DNA of 64,000 nucleotides from Bradymonadia bacterium (GTDB lineage Bacteria > Myxococcota_A > Bradymonadia > UBA7976 > UBA1532), in contig JBKAGE010000034.1 of assembly GCA_046290225.1 (NCBI GenBank), positions 320,001 through 384,000 of the forward strand, in the 5' to 3' direction. The position numbers and the translations under genes were made by a program. The notes beneath the pieces are model-generated. The model did not search any database and was not told the origin of the DNA. It was given only the letters and a program-made list of their open reading frames with translations. Positions 1 through 9,402 of this stretch are shown here, piece after piece. The number at the start of each line of letters is the position of its first letter. Position 1 is the first letter of the stretch.

Positions 1-8
1 TGTTTCTG

Positions 9-1376
9 ATGGATGTTCCCGGCCTCACCCCGATGCCGGCACCGGCGCCAGTGGCGCTGACACCCATCTATGACGGGCCAGACACCCCCGTCGCCTGGCT
101 CGGGGTGGTCCTCGACCGGGCCCGCCTCATGGAGATCACCGATCTCTATCGGGACGACGCGCTCCCCTTTCAGCAAACCATGGTGGTCGACCCCGTGGGC
201 ACCTACGGCGCCCACACCGTGCCTCGACAGATTGGCCAGGCGATCCCTCGCTGGCTCGCAGCGAGCATGGCCGAGGGCGATCGCATCGCCGAGCGCGCGG
301 TGGACGATCAAGCACACCTCGTCGCTCACTACTCCGTGGCTGACACGAAGTGGCACCTCGTGATGACCGTACCCACAGTAGAAGCCTTCCGCTCAGTGCA
401 TCGCCTGATGTGGTTCTCGAGCGTCGTGATTCTGCTCACCTTCATCTTCGTCCTGCTCTTCGCGAACACCGTGGCGGATGTACTGCTCAAGCCCATTCAC
501 GAACTGGAACAGGGGGCAGAGATGCTCGGCGCCGGGGCCCTGGACTACCGCATCAAGCTCGACAGCCACGGTGAAGATGAGCTGGGGCGCCTCGCCGGCA
601 CCTTCAACCGCATGGGCGACAACCTGCTCGACAGCCAGAAGCGCACCGAGGCCTACGCCCGGAACCTCGAGGTGGCTCAGCAAGAGCTCGACGCCATGGT
701 CTTCGCCATCACCCATGACTTGAAGAAGTCGCTCCGAGGCATCGAAGCCTTCGCCAACTTTCTGCAGGAAGACTACAGCGAGGTCGTGGACGAAGAGGGC
801 CAGGATCTCCTCGGCGCCATCACCGTGAACGTGCACCGGATCAATCACCTCGCGGACGATCTCATCGGCCTCGTAGAAGATGAACGCACCACCAGCGAGC
901 GCAGCAGGTTCGGTATGGAAGGCCTACTTCAGGAAGCCCGGGAGCGCTCTTTGGAGCAGTGCACCGGGGAGATCGTGCTGCCCCCAGATCTGCCCAGCAT
1001 CATGGCTGACCGGGATCGCCTGCTCCTCGTCTTCGTGAACCTCATGACCAACGGGCTCAAGTTCAACCAGAGCGGTGCCCCCACGGTGACCTTGAGCTGT
1101 GAAGATCTCGGGGTGTACTGGCAGTTCGAGGTGGCCGACAACGGCATTGGGATCGAACCCCGCTACCACGAGCAAATCTTCGAGCTGTTCAGCCGGCTGA
1201 ACCACATCGACGAATACGAAGGCACAGGGACCGGCCTCAACCTCGCCCGACGCATCGTCGAGGAGCACCGGGGTACCCTCGCGGTGGATTCTGCCCCCGA
1301 CGAGGGCACGCGCTTCATCGTCACGCTGCCCAAAGATCCAGCGTTGTTGACCTCACCTGGGGTCGCCGATCTCTAG
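9..1376 (+). CDS. Membrane sensor histidine kinase (HAMP-HisKA-HATPase), probably 5'-truncated by the window edge
   Basis: TM helix, HAMP (EDELGRLAGTFNRM), H-box (AITHDLKKSL), N/G boxes (NLMTNGLKF, DNGIGI, GTGTGL). Confidence 0.9.
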   Translation: MDVPGLTPMPAPAPVALTPIYDGPDTPVAWLGVVLDRARLMEITDLYRDDALPFQQTMVVDPVGTYGAHTVPRQIGQAIPRWLAASMAEGDRIAERAVDDQAHLVAHYSVADTKWHLVMTVPTVEAFRSVHRLMWFSSVVILLTFIFVLLFANTVADVLLKPIHELEQGAEMLGAGALDYRIKLDSHGEDELGRLAGTFNRMGDNLLDSQKRTEAYARNLEVAQQELDAMVFAITHDLKKSLRGIEAFANFLQEDYSEVVDEEGQDLLGAITVNVHRINHLADDLIGLVEDERTTSERSRFGMEGLLQEARERSLEQCTGEIVLPPDLPSIMADRDRLLLVFVNLMTNGLKFNQSGAPTVTLSCEDLGVYWQFEVADNGIGIEPRYHEQIFELFSRLNHIDEYEGTGTGLNLARRIVEEHRGTLAVDSAPDEGTRFIVTLPKDPALLTSPGVADL

Positions 1377-1457
1377 CCGTTCTCCAGGCATTGTGTTGAT
1401 ACGCGGCAAAATCCGTTAGACTCCCGCCCTTCAAAACGCGCAGCGAAGGTGGTGGCC

Positions 1458-2186
1458 ATGGGCCTGTTCGACATGTTCAGCAAAAAAGAGACGCCGGCCA
1501 AGGTGGACAAGCTGGTGAAGCGGTTCCTCAACGAGCATCAGCAGCAGCCGATCCGGCAAGAGGCCCTCGAAGAGCTGGCGAGCTACGAGATCCCCGAGGC
1601 TGTGGGTGGCCTCATCAAGCGTCTCGGGGTGAACTTCAAGGACACGATCGTCAACGAGCAGGAGAAGAAGTGGGTGTCCAACGTGCTCGTGGAGCGCTTC
1701 GGCGCCCGGGCGGTGGAGCCCCTCGTGGCCTTCGTGAAGAGCGAGCAGACCATCTCTGCGGTCATCGGCGTGCTCGGCCGGCTGGTCTCCGAAGATCACC
1801 TCGTGGGTCACCTCGTCGAAGCCCTGCAAAGCCACGCCCCCAAAGACCACCGGACCATCAGCGCTCGGCTGCAGTTGGTGGACGCCCTCTCTGATCACGA
1901 AGATGAGCGGGTGGTGCCTGCCCTGGTGCCCTACCTCGACGATCACGACGACGACGTGCGGATCAAGGTGATGGACACCCTCGAGCGCCGCAGCGCCCAC
2001 ACTCCCGATGTGGTGGTGGGGCTCGTGGGCGTGCTCACCGATCCTGAGGCCAGCGGGCGTCTCACCCGTCGCGCCGCGGCGGTGCTCGCTCACCTCAAGG
2101 CCGATCTCTCGGATCACATCTCAGCCATCGACGATCTGGTGCCTGAGGGCTTCACGCTCCAGGGCAAGCACCTCGTCCAGGCGTAG
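1458..2186 (+). CDS. HEAT-repeat protein
   Basis: Helical repeats such as LVPYLDDHDDDVRIKVMDTL; ATG at 1458 chosen over GTG at 1449. Confidence 0.7.
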   Translation: MGLFDMFSKKETPAKVDKLVKRFLNEHQQQPIRQEALEELASYEIPEAVGGLIKRLGVNFKDTIVNEQEKKWVSNVLVERFGARAVEPLVAFVKSEQTISAVIGVLGRLVSEDHLVGHLVEALQSHAPKDHRTISARLQLVDALSDHEDERVVPALVPYLDDHDDDVRIKVMDTLERRSAHTPDVVVGLVGVLTDPEASGRLTRRAAAVLAHLKADLSDHISAIDDLVPEGFTLQGKHLVQA

Positions 2187-2200
2187 TCAATCGGTCTGGC

Positions 2201-2611
2201 CTACTTGTCCTTGAGGATCTGCTCGATGGTCTGAGCGTCGGCAGGTGGGAACTCGTACTGGTCCATCTCCGAGGGCTTGACCCATCGCCAGTCGTGCACC
2301 TTCACCGACTTGATCTCCTCGCTGAGCAGCTCGCAGCGATACACACACAAATCGATGGTGTAGTCGGGGTAGTCGTGCTTGATGAACATCGAGAGCTTGC
2401 CCACCTTGATCTCGATCTCCATCTCTTCTTTGATCTCGCGGATCAGGGCCTCTGCGTCGGTTTCACCCGCCTCGACCTTGCCGCTGGGGAACTCCCAGAG
2501 CAATGGCAGGCTCGCCGTGGGGCGCCGCTGGGTGATCAGGAACCGACCATCCTTCTCGATCTCTGCTGCCACCACGCGAATCGAACGTGGCTCCAGGTCT
2601 TCTGCCATCAA
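2201..2611 (-). CDS. NUDIX hydrolase, MutT/NudG-like
   Basis: WEFPSGKVEAGETDAEALIREIKEEM Nudix box. Confidence 0.9.
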   Translation of the reverse strand: MMAEDLEPRSIRVVAAEIEKDGRFLITQRRPTASLPLLWEFPSGKVEAGETDAEALIREIKEEMEIEIKVGKLSMFIKHDYPDYTIDLCVYRCELLSEEIKSVKVHDWRWVKPSEMDQYEFPPADAQTIEQILKDK

Positions 2612-2639
2612 TGCCCTCCGCTGTCGTTCAGCGCTCTAT

Positions 2640-2699
2640 GCTCAGGTTGACTGCGCTCAGGTTGCCTGCGCTCAGATTACCTGCGCTCAGATTGCCTGT
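2640..2699. repeat. Intergenic 15-bp tandem repeat x4
   Basis: gctcaggttgactgc / gctcaggttgcctgc / gctcagattacctgc / gctcagattgcctgt. Confidence 0.9.
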
Positions 2700-2722
2700 A
2701 CTTCGGGATTTCGTACCTGGGA

Positions 2723-3955
2723 TCACCGCCTCACCACCAGGCGCTGTCCAGGTGTCAGTATGTCGGTGTTCTTCAAGCGATTCCACCGTCGCAAGGTCTC
2801 GATGGAGACATCATAGCGTTTGGCGATGCCCCACAAGCTCTCTCCAGCCTTCACCTTGTGGGTGGACACCTTCTTGATGGGACCGGTGCTGCTCTGACGC
2901 CGTCGCGCCTTTGAAGCCTCTGGCTGCGTCTTGGCCAGTCTCTTCTGGCTGGACTTCGTCTTGTTGGGCTTCTTCTTGCCAGATTTGGCGGTACGCGTTG
3001 CTCGACGCGTCTTCTTCGGCACATATTCGTCTTTGACCGCCGGTAGCCCAAGGGTGCGACGGGCCCATGCACGGAAGGCCCGCTCTTCACCTTGGGGCAC
3101 TCGGATGACCACTGGGCGCTCACCAGGTACATCATCTGTGGAGAGACGCCGGTTGAGTCGCTTGAGGGTGCGGTAGCTGATGCCACTCCCCCTCGCCGCC
3201 TCGAGCAAATTGATCTGGCCGTCTTCCCTCGCCTTCACCTTGACGTAGCCCACGGGCTCCTCGGGGTAGCCGTCCTTGACGTCTACACCGAAGCCGTAAG
3301 CCTTCAAGCGTTCGAAGATGATCTTCGTGACGATGATCTTCGGCACATAGCGCTCGGCCTCTCGAAGCAAGACTAGACGCCAGTAGTCTTTCTGGCCCTG
3401 GGCCTTCACCGCCTTGGACAACCGCCCCGGGCCGGTGTTGAAGGCGGCCATGGCCATCGTCCAGCTGCCGAACTTCTTCTTGAGCGCCACCAGATATTCG
3501 AGGCCCGCCTTCGTGGAGCGCTCGAGATCAGCCCGGTCGTCCCAGAGCGGATCGATTTTGAGTCCGTACTGCCGACCACTGCCAGGCATGAACTGCCACC
3601 AGCCCTTTGCCTTGGCTCGACTGACCACCGCCGGCCGCAGACCACTCTCAATGACGGCGAGGTACTTGAGATCAGGGCACGCCCCCACCTCACGGGCCAC
3701 CCGCTCCACGGTGGGAAAAACCCGTCGAGCCCGCTTGACCCACAAGGTCACCTGGGCCCGATCGTCGAGGGTGAGGTAGAACGCCCGGTCGAGCCGCTCT
3801 TCCACGTCTTCGATGTCTACGGGGATCGTCTCGCCACAAAACTCAATGGTCTTCGGCAGACGTAGAGCGCTGACCTCAACCCCCTTACGGGCCTCGGCGG
3901 CAGACCAGGGTCCGATGCTCAGAACACAGATGAGGGTGGAAGCGATGAAGCGCAT
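2723..3955 (-). CDS. Lytic murein transglycosylase (MltD-like SLT domain) with C-terminal LysM
   Basis: LAVIESG catalytic Glu, AKGWWQFM, AAFNTG; C-terminal HKVKAGESLWGIAKRY LysM; signal peptide. Confidence 0.9.
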   Translation of the reverse strand: MRFIASTLICVLSIGPWSAAEARKGVEVSALRLPKTIEFCGETIPVDIEDVEERLDRAFYLTLDDRAQVTLWVKRARRVFPTVERVAREVGACPDLKYLAVIESGLRPAVVSRAKAKGWWQFMPGSGRQYGLKIDPLWDDRADLERSTKAGLEYLVALKKKFGSWTMAMAAFNTGPGRLSKAVKAQGQKDYWRLVLLREAERYVPKIIVTKIIFERLKAYGFGVDVKDGYPEEPVGYVKVKAREDGQINLLEAARGSGISYRTLKRLNRRLSTDDVPGERPVVIRVPQGEERAFRAWARRTLGLPAVKDEYVPKKTRRATRTAKSGKKKPNKTKSSQKRLAKTQPEASKARRRQSSTGPIKKVSTHKVKAGESLWGIAKRYDVSIETLRRWNRLKNTDILTPGQRLVVRR

Positions 3956-4015
3956 GGTGGGCCATGGTAAACCCCACCTGTGAGCCGACCAAATTTGTCG
4001 GCATTGAGGGCAGCG

Positions 4016-4567
4016 TCAGAGTTTGTTGAGACGCTCTTTCACGGAGTCTACTTCCACCGCCCGGAACCCGAAGTTCTCGTTCACCACCACCACCTCACCG
4101 ATGGCGATGCGCTTGTGATTCACCGTGAGGTCGAGGTTCTCGGTGGCGGCGCGCTCGAGTTCGATGATGGAACCCTGACCGAGCTGGAGCAGCTGGCCCA
4201 CGGACATCCGTGTTCTGCCGAGCTCGACGCTCACCTTCACGGGGATCGAAAGCAGCAGTTTGAGGTTTCGCGGGCCTTCGACTTCAGCAGAGGTAGAGGA
4301 GGTCTTGCTCGAAGTGGCGCGTTTTGGTTCAGGCTTCGGCTCTGGTTTCGGCTCTGGCGCCAGGGCGGGCTCGTCGAAGCCCTCCAGGGCATCGAGGCCA
4401 CCACCGAGGAGCGCGTCCAGCTCGTCCTGAGACAGGATGTCTCCACCGCCCCCTCCACCGCCGTCAAATTCCGCAGGGGCGGGCTCCGCAGCAGCGGGCT
4501 CCTCCTCGCCAACTTCGATGTTGGAGAGGAGGGCATCGAGCTCATCCTGGGAAAGAATGTCGTCCAC
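4016..4567 (-). CDS. fliN: FliN/FliY-like flagellar switch protein (SpoA domain)
   Basis: C-terminal LLSIPVKVSVELGRT...IAIGEVVVVNENFGFR; two N-terminal DILSQDELDALL motifs; GTG start at 4567 with GAGG upstream. Confidence 0.8.
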   Translation of the reverse strand: MDDILSQDELDALLSNIEVGEEEPAAAEPAPAEFDGGGGGGGDILSQDELDALLGGGLDALEGFDEPALAPEPKPEPKPEPKRATSSKTSSTSAEVEGPRNLKLLLSIPVKVSVELGRTRMSVGQLLQLGQGSIIELERAATENLDLTVNHKRIAIGEVVVVNENFGFRAVEVDSVKERLNKL

Positions 4568-4812
4568 AACACGCCTCAAGGCGCCCCACAAGTGGGGCAT
4601 TTAGCGATAACAGAACCCAAAACCGTAACGTATGGGTACACAGTTCATCGGCCACCTCGACTTGCATCATGAAGCTGAGATGGTCAATATTGGGTCAGGA
4701 TCTGCACTTCGTGGTTGTCTGTGTGCCCGACGACAACCCGCGGATCCTCCAGGAGCGGTAAAGTATGCCCGACTTTACCGCTCCGTTTTTTTGTACCCCC
4801 AAACGCACGACA

Positions 4813-5574
4813 ATGACACTTCGCTTCTTCATTGGGGCCAGCGCCAAGATGAGACTCGGCGCCAACGCCCTCGACGAGGTCGCCCGCTGGCTCGACGCTG
4901 AGCCGTGGCGGCGACCGCCCTGGCCCACCGATCGGTCGGGGCTCGTCCTCACCCGCCGTGGCGCCAAACTCTACGCCCCAGGATCCGACTCCCCTTCCGG
5001 TGTGCTCTGGAACCCTGGCCTTACCGTGCTTCGACGCAGGCACCTTGAGACCGATCCCCTGCTCAAAGCCATCGAGCCTCATCGAGGGCAACAAGTGCTC
5101 GACGCCACCCTCGGCCTCGGCCACGACGCCCTGATGCTCGCAGAGCAGGGCGCTGAGGTCGAAGGCCTCGAGGCTGTGCCCGCGTTGCTCTACTACACCC
5201 TCGACGGACTCTGGCGACACAACCCCGAGACAGCCCGCAAGATCAGTGGTCGCTGTGTTGATCACGGCGCATATCTGAAAATCATGGCGCCGAGGTCCAA
5301 GGATGTGGTCTACCTCGACCCGCTGTTTCCGGCGGATCGACGCCGACGAAACACGCAGTGGAGCCCCCTGCGGGTCACGGGCCACCGGGGCTCTGTGGAT
5401 GCAGAGACTCTACAGGCGTCCGCCCGAGTGGCTCGACACCGGGTGGTCATGAAGCTGCCCCCTGGGGCAGATCCGCCATCTTGGCCAGAGGGGCCTGCCC
5501 CCTCACTGGTGACCTCGCAGAGGGTCAGGTTCGCGGTGTGGCACCTGAACCACGCCGCCAGAGTGCAGAGGTGA
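4813..5574 (+). CDS. Class I SAM-dependent methyltransferase (RsmJ/SAM_MT-like)
   Basis: VLDATLGLGHDA and DVVYLDPLF motifs. Confidence 0.75.
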   Translation: MTLRFFIGASAKMRLGANALDEVARWLDAEPWRRPPWPTDRSGLVLTRRGAKLYAPGSDSPSGVLWNPGLTVLRRRHLETDPLLKAIEPHRGQQVLDATLGLGHDALMLAEQGAEVEGLEAVPALLYYTLDGLWRHNPETARKISGRCVDHGAYLKIMAPRSKDVVYLDPLFPADRRRRNTQWSPLRVTGHRGSVDAETLQASARVARHRVVMKLPPGADPPSWPEGPAPSLVTSQRVRFAVWHLNHAARVQR

Positions 5575-8174
5575 GCAGCGTGCTCAAGCGAAAGCCCGGT
5601 TCGGTGTGGGCTGCCCTCCTGATGGGCGTGATCCTGTCCGGCTGCTCGGCGGTGGGCTACCACACGGTGGTGGCCACAGATCAGACCCCCCCACAGGTGG
5701 ATGCGGTCTCTGGCGCAGGCGCCCCCGCCGGGCATCGCCCCATGGTGATCCTCGTGGTCGTCGATGGTTTGCGCGCCGACACACTCGGCAGCCATCTGGA
5801 GACGATCGAAGCTACAGATCTCGACCCGCCCTGGCCCTCTGGTCTGGCCCTCCTACGGCGCAACGGCTTCGCCCTCGGGCGCTCCACCCGAACCGAAGCG
5901 CCGATCCCTGCATATGGTCTGGCTCCCCTCACTTCGGCGCTCACGGGACACATGCCCGGTGTGCACGGCCTCCCCGGCAGCGCGTTTTTCGCGGTGGAGT
6001 CGCCGACCGAGCTGACCCGCTACGACTTCGAAGCCCCCTTCAACGGCGCCCGCATCTTTTATGATCAGGGCCTGAAGGTGCCCTCGGAGGCCAACACTCT
6101 GCTGGCGCAGATGGTTCGTGTGCCCACGCTGATGGAGCGCCTGTCGGCCACACATCGCAGCGCCGCGATCTTCTCCCCTCTCGCTCGGGGGGCCTGGTGG
6201 CTGGTCCCCGATCGTCGGGCGGTGGGGGTGCGCTCGATCCTGCGCGATCGCAGCGTCACGGCGGTGATGCCCATCTTTGATCGCGGCGTCCGTGACGCCA
6301 GCGTCGATCTGTTGCTCAACGACAAGGATCCGCTGCCCGATCTCGTCGTGCTCAACTTCGGCACCATCATGTCGGAGTCCTGCTTTCAAGATGACAAAAT
6401 CTGCTCAGGTGCTGCAGGCGATCTGGCCACGGTGCAACGTCTTGGCATGCGCACCGTCGACGGCTTGCTCTGGAAGGTGATGCGGGCAGTTTCTCGGGCG
6501 CACCCGGAGCGCCAGCAGGCCTTGACGGTGATGTTGGTGGGTACGGGGGGCATGGTGGATCGCACCACCCCGGAGGCTTCACGACCCGAAGGCGCTGATC
6601 TGCCCGCTCACGCCCTCGGCGCGGAGCTCGCCCGCTGGGCGACGACAGAGACTTGCAAGACTTGGCTGACGCAGGCCCGGGCCCGTGGTGCGTTGCACAT
6701 CGTCACCCAGTCCGGCTTCGCCCAAATCTACCTTCCCCCGAGGCCCATGGGGTCAGGGGGACCGATTCAGGCCGGTCGGCAATGCCTCTCCGAGGCCCTC
6801 GACGTTGCGGTGGAGCAAGCGCCGTGGCTCGCAGGCGCAGCCTGGATGCCTGCCTCGGAGGCTCAGCCTGAGGTGAAGCTGGACCCCACGCTGCTCAATC
6901 GCATCGCCGCCTATCGCCGCGCATCATTGCCCGAGAAGATCAAGGCAGCCATGGGGGCGGAGGGCAACCGCCGTACGGGGGACGCGCTGCTCTTCGCTCA
7001 CCCACCCTGGCGCTTCACTGATGAGGGCACCCGGGTCCGATCTCCCTACGCCTATCAAGGCACGCTCGAAGACGACGCGGTGCAGGTCCCCTTCCTGGTG
7101 GCGTCAAAGGCGCTGCCCACGACTGTGAGTGGTGAGCTGAAGGCCACTCAGCTCGAGCTGGCCGACGTCACCCCCACAGTGCTCTCGCTCCTCAAGGCGC
7201 CAGAGAGCGCCTTCAACGGTCTTTCTCGACAGCCGGCGCTCAAGTGGCGTGCCGATCCCGTGGATGGCGATCAGCTCGAACTGGTGCGGGCTGATCGACA
7301 ATTGAAGTCGGCCGTGGTGAGCGACATGGCCCGGGCGCAACCGGTCTGGCGCCCGGCGACGGATCACGTGATGGTGGGCCTCTCAGAAGGTGCAGAGCTG
7401 CGTGCCCCGGACTCTGTCGACATTCGCCTCGGGGAGAAGGTCTGGCGATGGACCTACGATGACGCCTTCCCCGAGGGCGCTCCATGCCAATCGACCACCA
7501 AGGGGCCCACCCGCACCTGGACCTGCCGCTTCGATCGTCCAGAGAAGCTCGAGGGCATCTCCACCCTCGGCCTCCGCAGAGATCCCACCTCTGACGAGGA
7601 GGCCGATGGGGTCGAGGATTTCCAGAGGCCCATCATCTGGAGCAATGGCGAAGACGGCCTGCAACCAGGCCCGACCCCGGAGATCGCCTGTGTTGCCTCG
7701 GACCATCTGAAGCTCGCCTCTGCCTGGCAGCCCGCTGAGGGCCTCGACCAGTTGAGGGTGGCCCTGATGCTCCCGGGCACGCCTCACGAGCCCCAGATGC
7801 TCTATGGTGAGGCGTATGGGGCCCTCACGCTCTCGACGCTGAGCCCGACGGCGGCGTGCAAGGAGAAGGGGCCTGCGGCGGTGGAGTGCCAGTACACGCG
7901 TACGACACAGCCCACCACAGAGGGCCTCAAGGTGCCCTTCACCCGCACCATGGTGGATCAGCTCAAGATGACTCGCCCCTTCCTCATTTCGAGCATCTCT
8001 GATCCGAAGGCACCTCCGAGCCGCTGGCTCACCGAGACCGAGAAGCGTCAGGCACCCAAGAAGACGGTCTGGCTGGCCCTTGATCAGTGTGATGCCTCGG
8101 GCAGCTGCCAACGGACGCCATTCATGACTGTGGCCGACTATCGGGCGGCGCTCGCGCAGAAACCCTGTCCATGA
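5571..8174 (+). CDS. Large lipoprotein with alkaline-phosphatase/phosphodiesterase-like N-terminal domain
   Basis: Lipobox ILSGC; VILVVVDGLRAD, LTGHMPGVHGL, LADVTPTVLSLL; GTG start overlaps the upstream stop. Confidence 0.6.
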   Translation: MSSVLKRKPGSVWAALLMGVILSGCSAVGYHTVVATDQTPPQVDAVSGAGAPAGHRPMVILVVVDGLRADTLGSHLETIEATDLDPPWPSGLALLRRNGFALGRSTRTEAPIPAYGLAPLTSALTGHMPGVHGLPGSAFFAVESPTELTRYDFEAPFNGARIFYDQGLKVPSEANTLLAQMVRVPTLMERLSATHRSAAIFSPLARGAWWLVPDRRAVGVRSILRDRSVTAVMPIFDRGVRDASVDLLLNDKDPLPDLVVLNFGTIMSESCFQDDKICSGAAGDLATVQRLGMRTVDGLLWKVMRAVSRAHPERQQALTVMLVGTGGMVDRTTPEASRPEGADLPAHALGAELARWATTETCKTWLTQARARGALHIVTQSGFAQIYLPPRPMGSGGPIQAGRQCLSEALDVAVEQAPWLAGAAWMPASEAQPEVKLDPTLLNRIAAYRRASLPEKIKAAMGAEGNRRTGDALLFAHPPWRFTDEGTRVRSPYAYQGTLEDDAVQVPFLVASKALPTTVSGELKATQLELADVTPTVLSLLKAPESAFNGLSRQPALKWRADPVDGDQLELVRADRQLKSAVVSDMARAQPVWRPATDHVMVGLSEGAELRAPDSVDIRLGEKVWRWTYDDAFPEGAPCQSTTKGPTRTWTCRFDRPEKLEGISTLGLRRDPTSDEEADGVEDFQRPIIWSNGEDGLQPGPTPEIACVASDHLKLASAWQPAEGLDQLRVALMLPGTPHEPQMLYGEAYGALTLSTLSPTAACKEKGPAAVECQYTRTTQPTTEGLKVPFTRTMVDQLKMTRPFLISSISDPKAPPSRWLTETEKRQAPKKTVWLALDQCDASGSCQRTPFMTVADYRAALAQKPCP

Positions 8175-8602
8175 TTCACGTGCCCACCGGCGGTGGCGGG
8201 CGGGTAGAACACCTGGTCCGACGAGGGTTCATCGCTCGCACGGGCGATCTCCTCGCCCGCGTGCACCCAGAGGAAGGCCCGGTGGAGGAGATCGCCTCCC
8301 CCTTCGATGCGGTGGTGGATTTTCAACGCCTGCACGGCAAGCAGGCACCCCGACATGCCCCGATCATCGGCCTTCGTCGGGTGGTGCTGGCCACCACTGA
8401 GGGTCGCGTGCGGTGGGTGAGTACACTGGGCCCGGTACTGGTGGGTACGATGGTGGCCCTGGTGGTCACCCCTGAAGGGCATATTCGACCTCACCGAGCC
8501 CCGGCAGCGGGCTTCATCGGCCGCAGCTTCATCGCCAACGGGAAACGGATAGAAGCAGGTGCACCTCTGGTCGAGATCAGAGGTGAAGAGCTCGCAGGCT
8601 GA
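8171..8602 (+). CDS. Small protein with tandem biotinyl/lipoyl-like barrel-sandwich repeats
   Basis: EIASPFDAVV, HRAPAAGFI, GKRIEAGAPLVEI patterns; coupled to the upstream gene. Confidence 0.5.
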   Translation: MIHVPTGGGGRVEHLVRRGFIARTGDLLARVHPEEGPVEEIASPFDAVVDFQRLHGKQAPRHAPIIGLRRVVLATTEGRVRWVSTLGPVLVGTMVALVVTPEGHIRPHRAPAAGFIGRSFIANGKRIEAGAPLVEIRGEELAG

Positions 8603-8611
8603 TGCTGCTCG

Positions 8612-9316
8612 TCAGCTCTTCTCCCGCAACAGCGTGCGGGGGTTGAGCTTGATCTTGAGGGGTTTGGTGTAGGCAGTGTCACGGCTCTTGAGCAGCTGAA
8701 GCTTGCTGATGCCGTCGCCCGCCTTGATCCGCAGCATGAAGTCTGCGGCGCTGACCAGATGGGACAACGCCGCTGGGGTCTTGCCCTTCTTGAGGCTGCT
8801 GCCCTTCCCGAGAGCTGAGACCCAGACCATGACCCCCAGATCGGTGGAGATTTGCTTGATCTCGTCGATCTCCTCCGCCTTCGCTTTGTGGATGGGGTAG
8901 CCGTCGATGATGACGATCTCCGGGCGCCTAGCGGGCTCCGGAAACAACACCTCGAGCCGGCTGCGCAAGACCTCGGTGGTGAAGGTGCCCGCGGCGAAGG
9001 CCACGATATTACGCTGCTCGGAGACGCGTTCTACGGCGTTGATTGCGTCGACCTCGACCCCGACAGCTGCAGCGAGCTCGGTGAGTCCGTGATCGTACCA
9101 CCGCGTCACGCGATGCAGAGGCTGGTCGAGCACGATGTGCGCCACAGCGCGACCATTGAGCAGGTAGTCGAGCGCCATCTGCACCAGACAGCTCGACTTG
9201 CCCACCCCTGCGGGGGCCATGAGCACGGCGAGCTCACTAGGCGCCGGCGGGCCACCATCGATGCCATCGAGAAGTCTCAGAGGGCTCAGCTCGGCAGTCG
9301 ACCTGTCGGCGGGCAT
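8612..9316 (-). CDS. RecA/KaiC/DnaB-like P-loop ATPase
   Basis: Walker A APAGVGKS, Walker B IVIIDG. Confidence 0.7.
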   Translation of the reverse strand: MPADRSTAELSPLRLLDGIDGGPPAPSELAVLMAPAGVGKSSCLVQMALDYLLNGRAVAHIVLDQPLHRVTRWYDHGLTELAAAVGVEVDAINAVERVSEQRNIVAFAAGTFTTEVLRSRLEVLFPEPARRPEIVIIDGYPIHKAKAEEIDEIKQISTDLGVMVWVSALGKGSSLKKGKTPAALSHLVSAADFMLRIKAGDGISKLQLLKSRDTAYTKPLKIKLNPRTLLREKS

Positions 9317-9402
9317 GTTCCCCTCGAGGGTGGAGGCGGGTGAGACGAAGAAATGCGACGTGGAGGGGAGCGCTGCCCCCGGAGGGGCATGATACGCCGA
9401 GA

